In this document: positions 9,405 through 22,065 of the stretch, piece by piece
Position numbering within the stretch: position 1 is the first letter of the stretch
How the letters are laid out: each line of letters opens with the position of its first letter
DNA from: Klebsiella pneumoniae
GTDB lineage: Bacteria; Verrucomicrobiota; Verrucomicrobiia; Limisphaerales; SXTU01
DNA: 64,000 nt
Direction: 5' to 3'
Assembly (NCBI GenBank): GCA_943330855.2
Contig: CALQJI020000013.1
Span: 7,237-71,236, forward strand
Position numbers and translations under genes: made by a program
Notes under the pieces: generated by a model
Seen by the model: only the letters and a program-made list of their open reading frames with translations
Told to the model about the DNA's origin: nothing
The model's database searches: none

Positions 9405-10196
9405 TCACAAGTATTTCTCCGCCCAATCCGGCGTGCAGGGTTGGCCAGCGATGAAGTCGGTGAACCACGGCTCCGGGTCGGCGCGGAACTCCCAATCGCG
9501 TGTGCGCCAGGTGAAGCGGAGCTGCGCGGCGTGCAAGGCCTGACAGGGCAGGATAAGGCGGGCGCGCTGCTCGGGGGTCATCTGGCGCAGGACGAAGTCG
9601 AGGTAGAGCCGTTCGTCGCCGCCGTAAAGTTTGTCGCCGACGAGCGGGTGACCGAGGTGCTGGAGGTGGATGCGGATTTGGTGTTTGCGCCCGCTGTGGG
9701 GGCGGACGCGCAGCAGGGTGAAGTCGCCCTCGGCACGAGTGAAGCGACGCTCCACGGCAAACTCCGTCCTCGCCACCGAGCCATCGGCCCGCACGCAGTC
9801 TTTGATGGAGATGATGGCTTGCTCGTCTTTGCCCAGCGGGGCTTCGCAGCTGGCTGTGTCAGGAGCGAAGTGTCCATGCGCGATGGCGAGGTATTCCTTC
9901 TCAACCTTGCGCAGCGCGAAAAGTTTCTTAAGCGCGGCGTCGGCCTCCGGGCTTTTCGCGATGAGGATGACGCCGCTGGTCTCGCGGTCGAGGCGGTTGA
10001 CGAGGTGAGCGCTCAGGGCAGCGCCAAGGTGCAGTCGCACACGGCTGATGAGGCTGGAGTAGACGTCGCCCTTGGTGGGATGGCAGACGAGTCCGGCGGG
10101 CTTGTTGATGGCCAGCAGGTCAGCGTCTTCGTAGAGGATGGGGAACAGTTCGGTCACTGACCGAGTTTTGAACCGCTGGCCGGGACTGACCAGCAT
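9405..10196 (-). CDS. RluA-family pseudouridine synthase
   Basis: LAINKPAGLVCHP, catalytic NRLDRETSGVIL, and GRKHQIRIHL motifs. Confidence 0.9.
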   Translation of the reverse strand: MLVSPGQRFKTRSVTELFPILYEDADLLAINKPAGLVCHPTKGDVYSSLISRVRLHLGAALSAHLVNRLDRETSGVILIAKSPEADAALKKLFALRKVEKEYLAIAHGHFAPDTASCEAPLGKDEQAIISIKDCVRADGSVARTEFAVERRFTRAEGDFTLLRVRPHSGRKHQIRIHLQHLGHPLVGDKLYGGDERLYLDFVLRQMTPEQRARLILPCQALHAAQLRFTWRTRDWEFRADPEPWFTDFIAGQPCTPDWAEKYL

Positions 10197-10234
10197 TAAC
10201 CAGTGAGCGGCCCAGTTCTGAGCCGGAAGGATTC

Positions 10235-10381
10235 TTCAGCCACGGATGGAACACGGAGGAAACACAGATGGAACGAGACGAACGCAGCCTGCAAGGGTCG
10301 TGAGGAACACGGAAACACAGCGGCAACAGTTATCAACTGCTGCTCCGTGTTTCATCCGTGTTCCATCCGTGGCTAAAAAAT
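10235..10381. repeat. family A palindromic element
   Basis: TTCAGCCACGGATGGAACACGGAGGAAACACAGATGGAAC ... CTCCGTGTTTCATCCGTGTTCCATCCGTGGCTAAAAAA. Confidence 0.85.
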
Positions 10382-10397
10382 CTTTCCGGCCGAGTGA

Positions 10398-11676
10398 GAT
10401 GGGCCCGCTTCAATCTCGACGGGGGCGGGATGGGCTGCTTGCCTTGCGGCCCGTGAGCAAGGCCACCATTGACGTAGCTTTCCTGCACCGCGCGCTGCAA
10501 TTAGCGCGGCGGGGCGTCGGACGCACGTCGCCGAACCCGAGAGTCGGGGCGGTGCTGGTGCGCAGCGGCAAAGTCATCGGCGAGGGGTGGCACCGGCGCG
10601 CGGGTCTGCCGCACGCGGAAATCGAGGCGCTGCGGGACGCGGCGCGGCGCGGCGAACGGGTGCGCGGGGCGACGCTGTTCGTGACGTTGGAGCCGTGCTG
10701 CACGCACGGACGCACGCCGCCTTGCACGGACGCGATCCTGGCAGCGGGTATCCGGCGCGTGGTCGTGGCAGCGACGGATCCGAATCCTGAGCACGCGGGG
10801 AAGGGCTTGGAGATTCTGCGGAAGGCGGGAGTGACTGTCGTAGGCAATGGGGAATGGGGAATGGGGAATGGGGAAACGGAGGAAGTTCGAGCAAGGCGGA
10901 GCGGGGAGGATTCGCAATTCGCAATTCGCAATTCGCAATTCAAAGCGAGGCTCCTTACCTCGGCGGCTACGCGGCTCAACGAGGCTTTCAACCATTGGAT
11001 CGTCCGGCGCACGCCGTTTGTGAGGGTGAAGGCGGCGATGACGCTGGATGGGAAGATTGCCACGGCGGCTGGCGAGTCGAAGTGGATTACCGGCGAGCGT
11101 TCGAGAGGGATAGCGATGCGGCTGCGGTTCGATTCGGACGCGGTGCTTGTCGGCATCAACACGGTGCTCGCGGACGATCCGAGCCTGACGGCACGCGCGC
11201 CAAGTGGGCGTGTGCGCAAACCGCTGCGGCGCTTCGTCCTCGATGCCTTCGCCCGCACGCCGCTCGACTCGGTGGTGGTGAGCGACGCGTTCGCAGCGCT
11301 GACGACGGTGGTGGTGAGCCGGGCGGCTCCGGCGCAGCAGGTGGCAGCGCTGGCGAAACGCGCGGGCGTGCTGGTGGCTCCGGCACGCGGGGGGCGGATC
11401 GACTTGCGATGGTTGCTCAAGCGGTTGGGTGGCGAAGGGGTGACGAGCTTGTTGGTGGAAGGTGGGGGCGAGGTGAACGCGGCTTTCTTGGAGGCAGGAC
11501 TGGCGCAGCGGGTGGAGTTCTTCTACGCGCCGAAGATTTTGGGTGGGCGCGAAGCGCGGCGGGGAGTTGCGGGAGAGGGTGGGAGGCGGTTGGCGGATTT
11601 GATCGAACTGCGGGAGGTCGAGTGGCGGCGGGTGGGGGAGGATTTGTGGCTGTCGGCGAGGGTGGGCAAAGAATAG
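10398..11676 (+). CDS. ribD: bifunctional riboflavin biosynthesis deaminase/reductase
   Basis: Deaminase motifs HAEIEAL and EPCCTHGRTPPC; reductase part VKAAMTLDGKIATAAGESKWITG. The start at MGPLQ (10398) is uncertain. Confidence 0.9.
10843..10972. repeat. composite repeat insertion inside ribD (in frame)
   Basis: (AATGGGG)x4 at 10846-10873, (ATTCGCA)x4 at 10910-10937, then a family C arm CTCCTTACCTCGGCGGCTAC at 10951-10970. Translated in frame as GNGEWGMGNGETEEVRARRSGEDSQFAIRNSQFKARLLTSAAT. Confidence 0.8.
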
Positions 11677-11716
11677 GATTAAACTTTGGATTAAGAGAAA
11701 GACGGAGAGACGAATC

Positions 11717-12331
11717 ATGTTCACAGGAATTGTCGAAGAGACCGGGACGGTGACGGACGTGCAGCCAACGGACACGGGGATCCAACTGACCGTGCGCTGC
11801 CGGGTGGTGGGGCGCGGCTTGAAGTTGGGCGACAGCGTGGCGGTGAACGGTTGCTGCCTGACGGCGGTGCGGCAGACGGCACGCGGACGGGACAAGCTGC
11901 TGCGCTTCGACCTGCTGCGGGAGACGTGGGAGCGGACAAATCTCCAATTTGCAGCGGTCGGCTCGCTCGTGAATCTGGAGCGCTCGCTCGCCGTGGGCGG
12001 GAGGCTGGGCGGGCATTTCGTCACGGGCCATGTGGACGGCGTGGGGCGCATCACGCGATGGGAGCGCTCCGGCGCGGACCACGTGCTGGACATCGCGGCG
12101 CCAGCCGAAGTGCGGCGCTATGTGGTGCAGAAAGGCTCGATCGCCGTGGACGGCATCAGCCTGACGGTGGCGGACGTGACGAAGGGCGGTTTCCGCATCT
12201 GGGTCATCCCGCACACGCTGGCCGTAACGGCCTTGCGCGAGCGGAAGGTGGCCGACCGGGTGAATCTGGAGGCGGACCTGTTGGGCAAGTATGTGGAGCA
12301 GTTCGTAGTGCTGCGCCGGAAGAAGGCTTGA
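11717..12331 (+). CDS. ribE: riboflavin synthase (alpha chain)
   Basis: MFTGIVEETGTV.., SVAVNGCCLT and SIAVDGISLT, the duplicated lumazine-binding repeats. Confidence 0.93.
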   Translation: MFTGIVEETGTVTDVQPTDTGIQLTVRCRVVGRGLKLGDSVAVNGCCLTAVRQTARGRDKLLRFDLLRETWERTNLQFAAVGSLVNLERSLAVGGRLGGHFVTGHVDGVGRITRWERSGADHVLDIAAPAEVRRYVVQKGSIAVDGISLTVADVTKGGFRIWVIPHTLAVTALRERKVADRVNLEADLLGKYVEQFVVLRRKKA

Positions 12332-12423
12332 GCATCTCACGAGGGGAAGGAGCGAAATCCCCTCGACGATGGCTATGGGGCGGCGCAGTTTTTCGCCCAC
12401 GACTCACAGACACTTTCTGCCTC

Positions 12424-13059
12424 ATGAAAATCCTTATCGCAGATGACAGCTTGGTTGTGCGCCGCCGCTTAGCGTCGTTGTTGGTGGCGTGGGGCCACGA
12501 GGTAATCGAGACAAAGGACGGCGAGGAGACTTGGCAGCTACTGTGCGGCGAAGCCGTGCCACCCATTGCCATCATTGATTGGGTGATGCCAGAGCCGGAC
12601 GGCGTGGAACTGTGCAAGCGCATCCGGGAGACGCCGGCCTTGAAAAAGACCTACGTCCTCATGCTCACCGGCATGTCGAATCCGGAGGACATCGTCACTG
12701 GGCTAAACTCGGGCGCGAACGATTTCATCGTGAAGCCCTTCAACGAGCCAGAGCTTCAAGCGCGAGTGGGCGTGGGAGTGCGGATGGTTGAGTTGCAGGC
12801 GGAGCTGTCCAACCGAGTGGTCGAACTGGAGCACGCGATGTCGGAGATTACCCAGCTCCGAGGCATCCTTCCCATCTGCGCCTACTGTAAGAATGTCCGC
12901 AACGACGAAAATTACTGGCAAACGGTGGAGCAATACATCGGGCACCACGCCGATGTGAAGTTCAGCCACGGCATCTGTCCGAAGTGCGTGGAAACGGTCG
13001 TGAAGCCGGAGCTGGAGCGATTGGAGAAGGAGATGAGCGAAGGCTCGACCGTGAAGTGA
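12424..13059 (+). CDS. response regulator (REC domain) with Cys-rich C-terminal domain
   Basis: MKILIADDSLVVRRRL..IIDWVMPEPDG..KPF receiver motifs. C-terminal LRGILPICAYCKNVRNDENYWQTVEQYIGHHADVKFSHGICPKCVE. Confidence 0.85.
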   Translation: MKILIADDSLVVRRRLASLLVAWGHEVIETKDGEETWQLLCGEAVPPIAIIDWVMPEPDGVELCKRIRETPALKKTYVLMLTGMSNPEDIVTGLNSGANDFIVKPFNEPELQARVGVGVRMVELQAELSNRVVELEHAMSEITQLRGILPICAYCKNVRNDENYWQTVEQYIGHHADVKFSHGICPKCVETVVKPELERLEKEMSEGSTVK

Positions 13060-13072
13060 AGGGGAAAGGGAG

Positions 13073-13157
13073 TGGTGCGCACGGCAGGACTTGAACCTGC
13101 ACACCTTTCGGCACTACCACCTCAAAGTAGCGTGTCTGCCAATTCCACCACGTGCGC
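13073..13157 (-). tRNA. tRNA-Leu (anticodon GAG)
   Basis: Reverse complement GCGCACG TG GTGGAATTGGCAGACAC G CTACT TTGAGGT GGTAG TGCCGAAAGGTGT GCAGG TTCAAGT CCTGC CGTGCGC A CCA. It has a 7-bp acceptor stem, a T-loop TTCAAGT, a long variable arm, U33 and G37 flanking GAG, and an encoded CCA. Confidence 0.85.
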
Positions 13158-13275
13158 GACGGACGGCGCGTATTGAAGACTTTTTGGGATTCAGAGCAAG
13201 AGGAATCGCGGATTTTATGTTTCCTCATCAAATTGCGGAGGGCTGTTCCCTCTGCGTTGCGACCACGAGGAGCCG

Positions 13276-14250
13276 CTAACCGCGCGGGATTTCCACCATC
13301 CGTTGAGTCTCACTGTCCCAGACCTTCAAGCGCAGGCAGCGGAGGACTTCAGCAGGGTGGAAAGAGGTGGTCTTGGCAGCCTGCAACTCCGGCATTTCGC
13401 GCAGGACTTCCGGCAGCCGGTAGAAGGGAATGCGCGCGTTCAAGTGGTGGATGTGGTGATAGCCGATATTGGCCGTGAACCACGCCATAAGCCGACCGGT
13501 GCGCATGTAACTGGACGAGTCCAGTGCGGCCTTTTCGTAGGTCCAACCCGCGTGATCGGTGAACGAGACGGTCGGGAAGTTGTGCTGCGCGTAGAATAGG
13601 TAGGAGCCAATCGCGTAGGTGATGAAGTGCGGTAGTGTCTGAGCGAGCAACAATCCCTGCCAGCCGTGGTTCAGGTAGAGGAGGACCCCGATCGCGATGT
13701 GGAGCAGCAGCGCGATGAGGCAGTCGTAGTGCTTGCGTGGGTTGTTGAGGAACGGCGTGACGCACATCCCGATCACGAACACCGTGACGTAACCGAATAG
13801 GATGGTCAGCGGATGCCGTGCGAAGAGATACCAGAAGCGGTTGCCCGGCGTGGTCTTCTCGAACTGCGCCTTCGTCATGATCGGGAACGAGCCGATGTGC
13901 GAGCCGCGTAACTTGGAGTTGTGGTTGTGGTGATGATTGTGCGAGCTACGCCAGATACTGCTCGCGCTGAGGGAGAGGATGCCGAACACCCGCATGAGTA
14001 TCTCAGCGAGGAAGGACCGGGGCAAAATCGCGTGGTGCTGCTGGTCGTGGTAAATCACGAACAACCGCAGGATGAGCAACCCGGCGAAGATGCTGCACAC
14101 CAACTTTACGGCGAAGAAGTCGTTCCAAAGCGTGCCCGCCAACGTCGCCAGGAGCAGCCCCGCTGTGGAGAGAAAATACCACCAACTTCGGGCGGTGTTG
14201 TCGTGGGCATACTGCTTCGTCGCTAGGATGAGTTGTTGTCCGGTGCGCAT
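13276..14250 (-). CDS. membrane fatty acid desaturase
   Basis: Three histidine boxes: HDQQHH, HNHHHNH and HHIHHL. Multiple TM helices. Start chosen at MRTGQQ (14250). Confidence 0.85.
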   Translation of the reverse strand: MRTGQQLILATKQYAHDNTARSWWYFLSTAGLLLATLAGTLWNDFFAVKLVCSIFAGLLILRLFVIYHDQQHHAILPRSFLAEILMRVFGILSLSASSIWRSSHNHHHNHNSKLRGSHIGSFPIMTKAQFEKTTPGNRFWYLFARHPLTILFGYVTVFVIGMCVTPFLNNPRKHYDCLIALLLHIAIGVLLYLNHGWQGLLLAQTLPHFITYAIGSYLFYAQHNFPTVSFTDHAGWTYEKAALDSSSYMRTGRLMAWFTANIGYHHIHHLNARIPFYRLPEVLREMPELQAAKTTSFHPAEVLRCLRLKVWDSETQRMVEIPRG

Positions 14251-14446
14251 CGGTTGTATTTGACGGAGTGAGTTTCCGGCACGGACACCGAGTTGTCGAG
14301 TTTCAGTTCGTGCGCAGGAAAGAATGATCCGCACCTCGACACCTCCGCTAAACCGGGCGCACCAAGCCGCAGCCACGGGTTCGAGCCGAAGGCGAGGTGC
14401 TCACGGCAAACTTCCGCTCCGCCCTGCCCACCGGCCAGCACATCAC

Positions 14447-14539
14447 CTAGACGCAGCGGAACCGCTCGGCAGCGGCGAAGGCGAGCACCTGTTCGAGGGT
14501 AAGTTCAGGCAGGATGGCGGAGACAAAACCAAGTTGCAT
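14447..14539 (-). pseudogene. remnant of a sugar phosphate isomerase/epimerase (xylose-isomerase-like TIM barrel) gene
   Basis: The minus strand reads [47 protein letters not shown].. This is the typical N-terminus of that family, interrupted by an in-frame stop where Glu is expected. It decays and frameshifts further downstream toward 14260. Confidence 0.4.
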
Positions 14540-14774
14540 ACCGAGAGATCAGCGAAAACAACGCAGCCCTGTCGCGGGCGATTCCGGAACGGAACGGCTG
14601 CTCAAGTAGCGAGCACTTCAACCGCACGCCCGTCAGCAGGAACGGTGAGCTGATTTAACTCCACCAACCTGCTCCCCACACGGCATCGCGCGACGAATCA
14701 GCGCGGCGAATGAGGTTTGACGGCGTCGCGGCAAAACGCTGCTATCGCGCTGCAACTCGATTGCCAAACACACC

Positions 14775-15419
14775 TTGATGAAAACAAACAGCCTCCCTCA
14801 CATCCTCGGCCTGAGCGCCGCGTTGCTCTGCCTCGCCGCCGCAGCGTCCGCCCAAACCCTCCTCCGCTTCGAGTCCCAGCCGGGCAGCAAGATGCGCATG
14901 GACGGCACCTCCACGATCCACGCATGGCACGCGGAGAGCCAGCTCATAGGCGGCTTCATCGAGCTGGATGCCGCGCTGGTGGAAGCGCCGGACAAAGCCA
15001 AACCCGGCAAAGTCGCCGCCAAGGGCGAGACCTTCGTCGCCGTGCGCTCGCTCAAATGCAGCAGCGGCAAGGCGATGGACGCCGTGATGCAGGAAGCGAT
15101 GAAGGAGAAAGAAAACCCGCGCATCACCTTCAAACTCGTCGAGTTGACCCTCAAGGAAGTGAAGGGCGCTACGGTGAACTTCGACGCCAAAGGCACGTTG
15201 ACTGTGTCGGGCGTCACCAAAGACATCACCATGCCGGTAACCATGCTCCGCCGTGTAGATCAGTCGCGCGTCACCCTCTCGGGAGCCACGGCGCTCAAGA
15301 TGACCGACTTCAAAATCACCCCACCCGCGCCCAGTTCCGCCCTCGGCCTGATCAAGACCGGCGACGACGTGAAGCTCACCTTCGAGTGGGCCGTGGGAAA
15401 GAAGGAAGCCGGCAAGTAA
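14775..15419 (+). CDS. YceI-family periplasmic polyisoprenoid-binding protein
   Basis: Signal peptide MMKTNSLPHILGLSAALLCLAAAASAQ. YceI-like features: GTSTIHAWH.., LTVSGVTKDITMPV, KMTDFKITPP. Confidence 0.85.
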   Translation: MMKTNSLPHILGLSAALLCLAAAASAQTLLRFESQPGSKMRMDGTSTIHAWHAESQLIGGFIELDAALVEAPDKAKPGKVAAKGETFVAVRSLKCSSGKAMDAVMQEAMKEKENPRITFKLVELTLKEVKGATVNFDAKGTLTVSGVTKDITMPVTMLRRVDQSRVTLSGATALKMTDFKITPPAPSSALGLIKTGDDVKLTFEWAVGKKEAGK

Positions 15420-15438
15420 GCCACCACTAAAAACCCTC

Positions 15439-16206
15439 ATGAAAACTCTCCTCACCAGCCTTTGCGCGTCCCTCCTGCTAGCGCTCCCCGTCGCGCAAGC
15501 CCAGCAGGCCGGAGGCATTCCCGCTATCAGCGCCCAAGCCCCGTTCCTCGCCGCCGCGCTCTCGGAGTTCTTCAGCGACACGCGGGCGTTCACGGCGAGC
15601 GTCGAACTGGCGCTGGCTGCGAAGGAAGGCGGCGAGTCCATGAAACTGCCCTTCGGCGTCGCGATGGCCGACGGCCAGATGCGCTGGGAGCTGAACCTCG
15701 CGAACGTGAAGAGCGCCGAACTACCACCCGAGGCCCTCACCGGCATCAAGGAAATGGGCCTCGACCGGATGGCCTTCATCTACATCCCCAGCAAGCCACT
15801 CACGCTCCTGCTGCCCGGCATGAAAACCTACATCGAGCTGCCCACCCCCAAGCCCGAAGGCGTTCAGAAACAGGCGCAGGAGAAAATCGGCCGGTTGGAA
15901 AAAACGGAGCTTGGCCGCGAGACCATTGCTGGCCAGCCCACCGTAAAATACTCCGTGAAAATCCCCGGCGACGACGGCACCGCGACCGTTTGGCAGGCCA
16001 CGAACCTGCAAAACCTCCCGGTCAAAATCGTCATCACCAAAGCCAAGCAGACCTACCAACTCCAGTTGAGTAACGTCCGCCTCGCCCAGCCAGATGCGGC
16101 CATTTTCGTCGTGCCTGCGGGCTTCGCCAAACAGGCGGACCTCAGCGCGGCCATCCAAGCGGCGGCGATGAAGTCGTTCAGCACCGGCGTCGGCGGGATC
16201 AAGTGA
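15439..16206 (+). CDS. hypothetical secreted protein (LolA/DUF4412-like by eye)
   Basis: Signal peptide MKTLLTSLCASLLLALPVAQAQ. 255 aa with no catalytic motif. Only 20 nt after the yceI-like gene, so probably in the same operon. Confidence 0.65.
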   Translation: MKTLLTSLCASLLLALPVAQAQQAGGIPAISAQAPFLAAALSEFFSDTRAFTASVELALAAKEGGESMKLPFGVAMADGQMRWELNLANVKSAELPPEALTGIKEMGLDRMAFIYIPSKPLTLLLPGMKTYIELPTPKPEGVQKQAQEKIGRLEKTELGRETIAGQPTVKYSVKIPGDDGTATVWQATNLQNLPVKIVITKAKQTYQLQLSNVRLAQPDAAIFVVPAGFAKQADLSAAIQAAAMKSFSTGVGGIK

Positions 16207-16216
16207 GGGGTCAAAT

Positions 16217-16468
16217 ATGAATGCCAAGCTTCTGCTCAAGACGATTTTCCTTCTCGGCGTGCTCTTCCTCCTCGTGCTCATGGGCCGGGAGAATCGCGGC
16301 ACCGCCGAGTTCACTTTACCGCCCGTCCTGACTCAAAAAGTCACCCTTCCCTCGGCCGTCATGTATTTCGCCTTCTTCGCCGTCGGAGTCGTCACAGGCA
16401 CCGTCCTCACCGCCGGTGGCGGCAACAGCGGTGGCGGTGGCGGCAAGTCCGGCAAATCCGGCAAGTGA
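16217..16468 (+). CDS. small membrane protein (LapA/DUF1049-like)
   Basis: 83 aa, two hydrophobic helices (LLLKTIFLLGVLFLLVLMG, AVMYFAFFAVGVVTGTVL), and a Gly/Lys-rich tail. Confidence 0.55.
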   Translation: MNAKLLLKTIFLLGVLFLLVLMGRENRGTAEFTLPPVLTQKVTLPSAVMYFAFFAVGVVTGTVLTAGGGNSGGGGGKSGKSGK

Positions 16469-16589
16469 CTCCCTTCCCGCAAGGGACCCGTGGCAACAAA
16501 CGCGCACGCCTGCCGCCGCACACGGAGTGATCCCACGACCCGCGCCTTGCCCGCGCCATGCGTGCCCGCAGCCTGCCACTAAATTCACC

Positions 16590-17030
16590 ATGAAAATCAA
16601 CCCCATTCCCGCCGGCGATCACTCCGTCACGCCCTACCTCATCATCAAGGGCGCGGCACGTGCGCTCGACTTCTACCAGCGCGCATTCGGCGCGACCAAG
16701 CTGATGCGCATCCCCGGCCCTGGCGACCAAATCGGCCACGCGGAGATTCTGCTCGGCGACTCGCACATCATGTTGGCCAACGAGCGCCCTAAGACGAACG
16801 CCTTCAACCCGCAGACGCTCGGTGGCTCGCCGGTGCCCCTCCACCTCTACGTGCCTGCCGACGCGATGTTCGCCCAAGCCATCGCGGCGGGTGCGAGCAT
16901 CGAAGCGCCGATGGAAAAGAAGTTTAATGGCGACCGTTCTGGCTCCGTGCTGGACACCCCTTCGGCCACCGCTGGCCGCTGTCCACGCACGTCGAAGAGG
17001 GGGCGCCGGAGGAAATCGGGCGGCGCATAG
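16590..17030 (+). CDS. VOC-family (PhnB/glyoxalase-like) protein, 3' end apparently frameshifted
   Basis: MKINPIPAGDHSVTPYLIIKGAARALDFYQRAFGA..IGHAEILLGDSHIMLA..FNGDRSGSVLD is typical for the family. The expected continuation PFGHRWPLSTHVEEGAPEEIGRRIAAM is encoded in a different frame from ~16957 onward. Confidence 0.75.
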   Translation: MKINPIPAGDHSVTPYLIIKGAARALDFYQRAFGATKLMRIPGPGDQIGHAEILLGDSHIMLANERPKTNAFNPQTLGGSPVPLHLYVPADAMFAQAIAAGASIEAPMEKKFNGDRSGSVLDTPSATAGRCPRTSKRGRRRKSGGA

Positions 17031-17035
17031 CAGCG

Positions 17036-20581
<3,546 letters not shown>

Positions 20582-20589
20582 GAAAGCCT

Positions 20590-22056
20590 ATGAGCCGTCT
20601 GTCAGCATATCTTCGGAGCGAATCGCCGACGCGGACGCGCCGATCCTTCCTCACCCGCTCCGGCCTGGGCTTCGGCGGCCTCGCACTGGGCACGATGCTC
20701 GCGCGCGATGGCTTCGGACTGGAGAGCAGTTGGCGGCCGCCCACGGGCTTGCCGCACTTCCCGGCGCGGGCGAAGTCGGTCATCTGGATTTTCCTGCGCG
20801 GCGGCTTGAGTCACATGGAGAGCTTCGACCCCAAGCCCGAGCTCACCCAATACGCCGGCAAAACCTTCGACGAAACGCCGTTCAAGGGCGTGAACGACCC
20901 GGAGAAGCGCAAGCGTGTGCGCGTGGTCGTGGTGAACGACGCTAACGGCCAGCAGCGGAACAAGGTTTACCCGTTGCAAGTCGGCTTCGCGCCCGGCGGC
21001 AAGAGCGGCATCGAGGTGAGCGACTGGTTTCCCCACCTCCGTGCCAGCGTGGACGACCTCGCCATCGTGCGCTCGATGTGGACGACCGATGACAACCACG
21101 GCGCGCAGGTGCAGTTCCATTCCGGCCGTCACATGCTCGACGCGCAGGAGCCGACCATCGGTGCGTGGGTCAATTACGGCCTCGGCTCGCTCAACGAAAA
21201 TCTCCCGCAGTTCATCAACATGGGGCCGCGCTTTTTCGACAAGCGCGACGGCCGTTACCTCGGCCCCGCCTACGACGCCGTGCCGCTTGTCATCGACCCG
21301 CGCGAGCCGCTCGCCTACGCGCGGCCCGAGGGCGATGTCAGCTCGGCGGAGCAGCAGATTCAGTTCGACCTCGTCGGCAAGTTGAACCGCCTGAAAGCCA
21401 CGCAATACCCCGGCGACCAAGCCCTCGACGCGCGCATCAAGAGCTACGAGCTCGCCTACCGCATGCAGATGGCCGTGCCCGAGGCCGTGAGTTTCGACAG
21501 CGAGACGGCGGAGACGAAGCAGCTCTACGGGCTGGAGCAGAGCGAGACGAAGGCGTTCGGGATGCAGCTCCTCGCCGCGCGGCGCTTCGTCGAGCGCGGC
21601 GTGCGCTTCATCCAAATCCAGCACGGCGACGGCGCGGCGGGCGCGTGGGACGCGCACAGCGGCTTGAAGGCGAACCACTCGAAGCTCTCCGCCCAAGTGG
21701 ACAAGCCCACCGCCGGGTTGCTCCAAGACTTGAAACGTCGCGGCCTGCTGGACGAAACCATCGTCGTCTTCGCCACCGAGTTTGGCCGCACGCCCGGCTC
21801 GCAGGGCGCGGACGGGCGCGATCATCACCCTTACGGCTTCAGCGTCTGGCTCGCCGGTGGCGGCATCAAGGGAGGCGTGGTCCACGGCGCGACGGACGAG
21901 CTGGGTTTTCACGCGGTCGAGGACGCGCACTACGTCACCGACATCCACGCCACGCTCCTCCACCAGCTCGGCCTCGCCGGTCGCAAGCTGGAAGTCCCCG
22001 ACCGCAAACGCCTCGACCTCGACCACGGCGAAGTCATCAAGGCGATCCTCGCCTGA
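20590..22056 (+). CDS. DUF1501 domain protein (sulfatase-like, TAT signal)
   Basis: [34 protein letters not shown], then the typical DUF1501 body (..[13 protein letters not shown].., ..[18 protein letters not shown]). The usual partner of the upstream PSD1 gene. Confidence 0.9.
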   Translation: MSRLSAYLRSESPTRTRRSFLTRSGLGFGGLALGTMLARDGFGLESSWRPPTGLPHFPARAKSVIWIFLRGGLSHMESFDPKPELTQYAGKTFDETPFKGVNDPEKRKRVRVVVVNDANGQQRNKVYPLQVGFAPGGKSGIEVSDWFPHLRASVDDLAIVRSMWTTDDNHGAQVQFHSGRHMLDAQEPTIGAWVNYGLGSLNENLPQFINMGPRFFDKRDGRYLGPAYDAVPLVIDPREPLAYARPEGDVSSAEQQIQFDLVGKLNRLKATQYPGDQALDARIKSYELAYRMQMAVPEAVSFDSETAETKQLYGLEQSETKAFGMQLLAARRFVERGVRFIQIQHGDGAAGAWDAHSGLKANHSKLSAQVDKPTAGLLQDLKRRGLLDETIVVFATEFGRTPGSQGADGRDHHPYGFSVWLAGGGIKGGVVHGATDELGFHAVEDAHYVTDIHATLLHQLGLAGRKLEVPDRKRLDLDHGEVIKAILA

Positions 22057-22065
22057 GTTCCCCAA

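Noticed and set aside
10235-10397. FMN riboswitch upstream of ribD
   Set aside because: The leader is fully accounted for by a family A palindrome. I could not find the conserved FMN-element core sequences by eye. A covariance-model scan (RF00050) would settle it.
10846-10873. (GGGGAAT)n blocks as telomere-like or G-quadruplex functional repeats
   Set aside because: The copies are short (3-4 units), occur on both strands and inside ORFs, and sit within larger palindromic elements. Nothing suggests a chromosome end.
16950-16965. Programmed ribosomal frameshift joining the VOC gene to its displaced C-terminus
   Set aside because: I saw no slippery heptamer or downstream structure, and the shifted frame would run on into the 1181-aa PSCyt protein. 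A mutation or sequencing indel is the simpler explanation.
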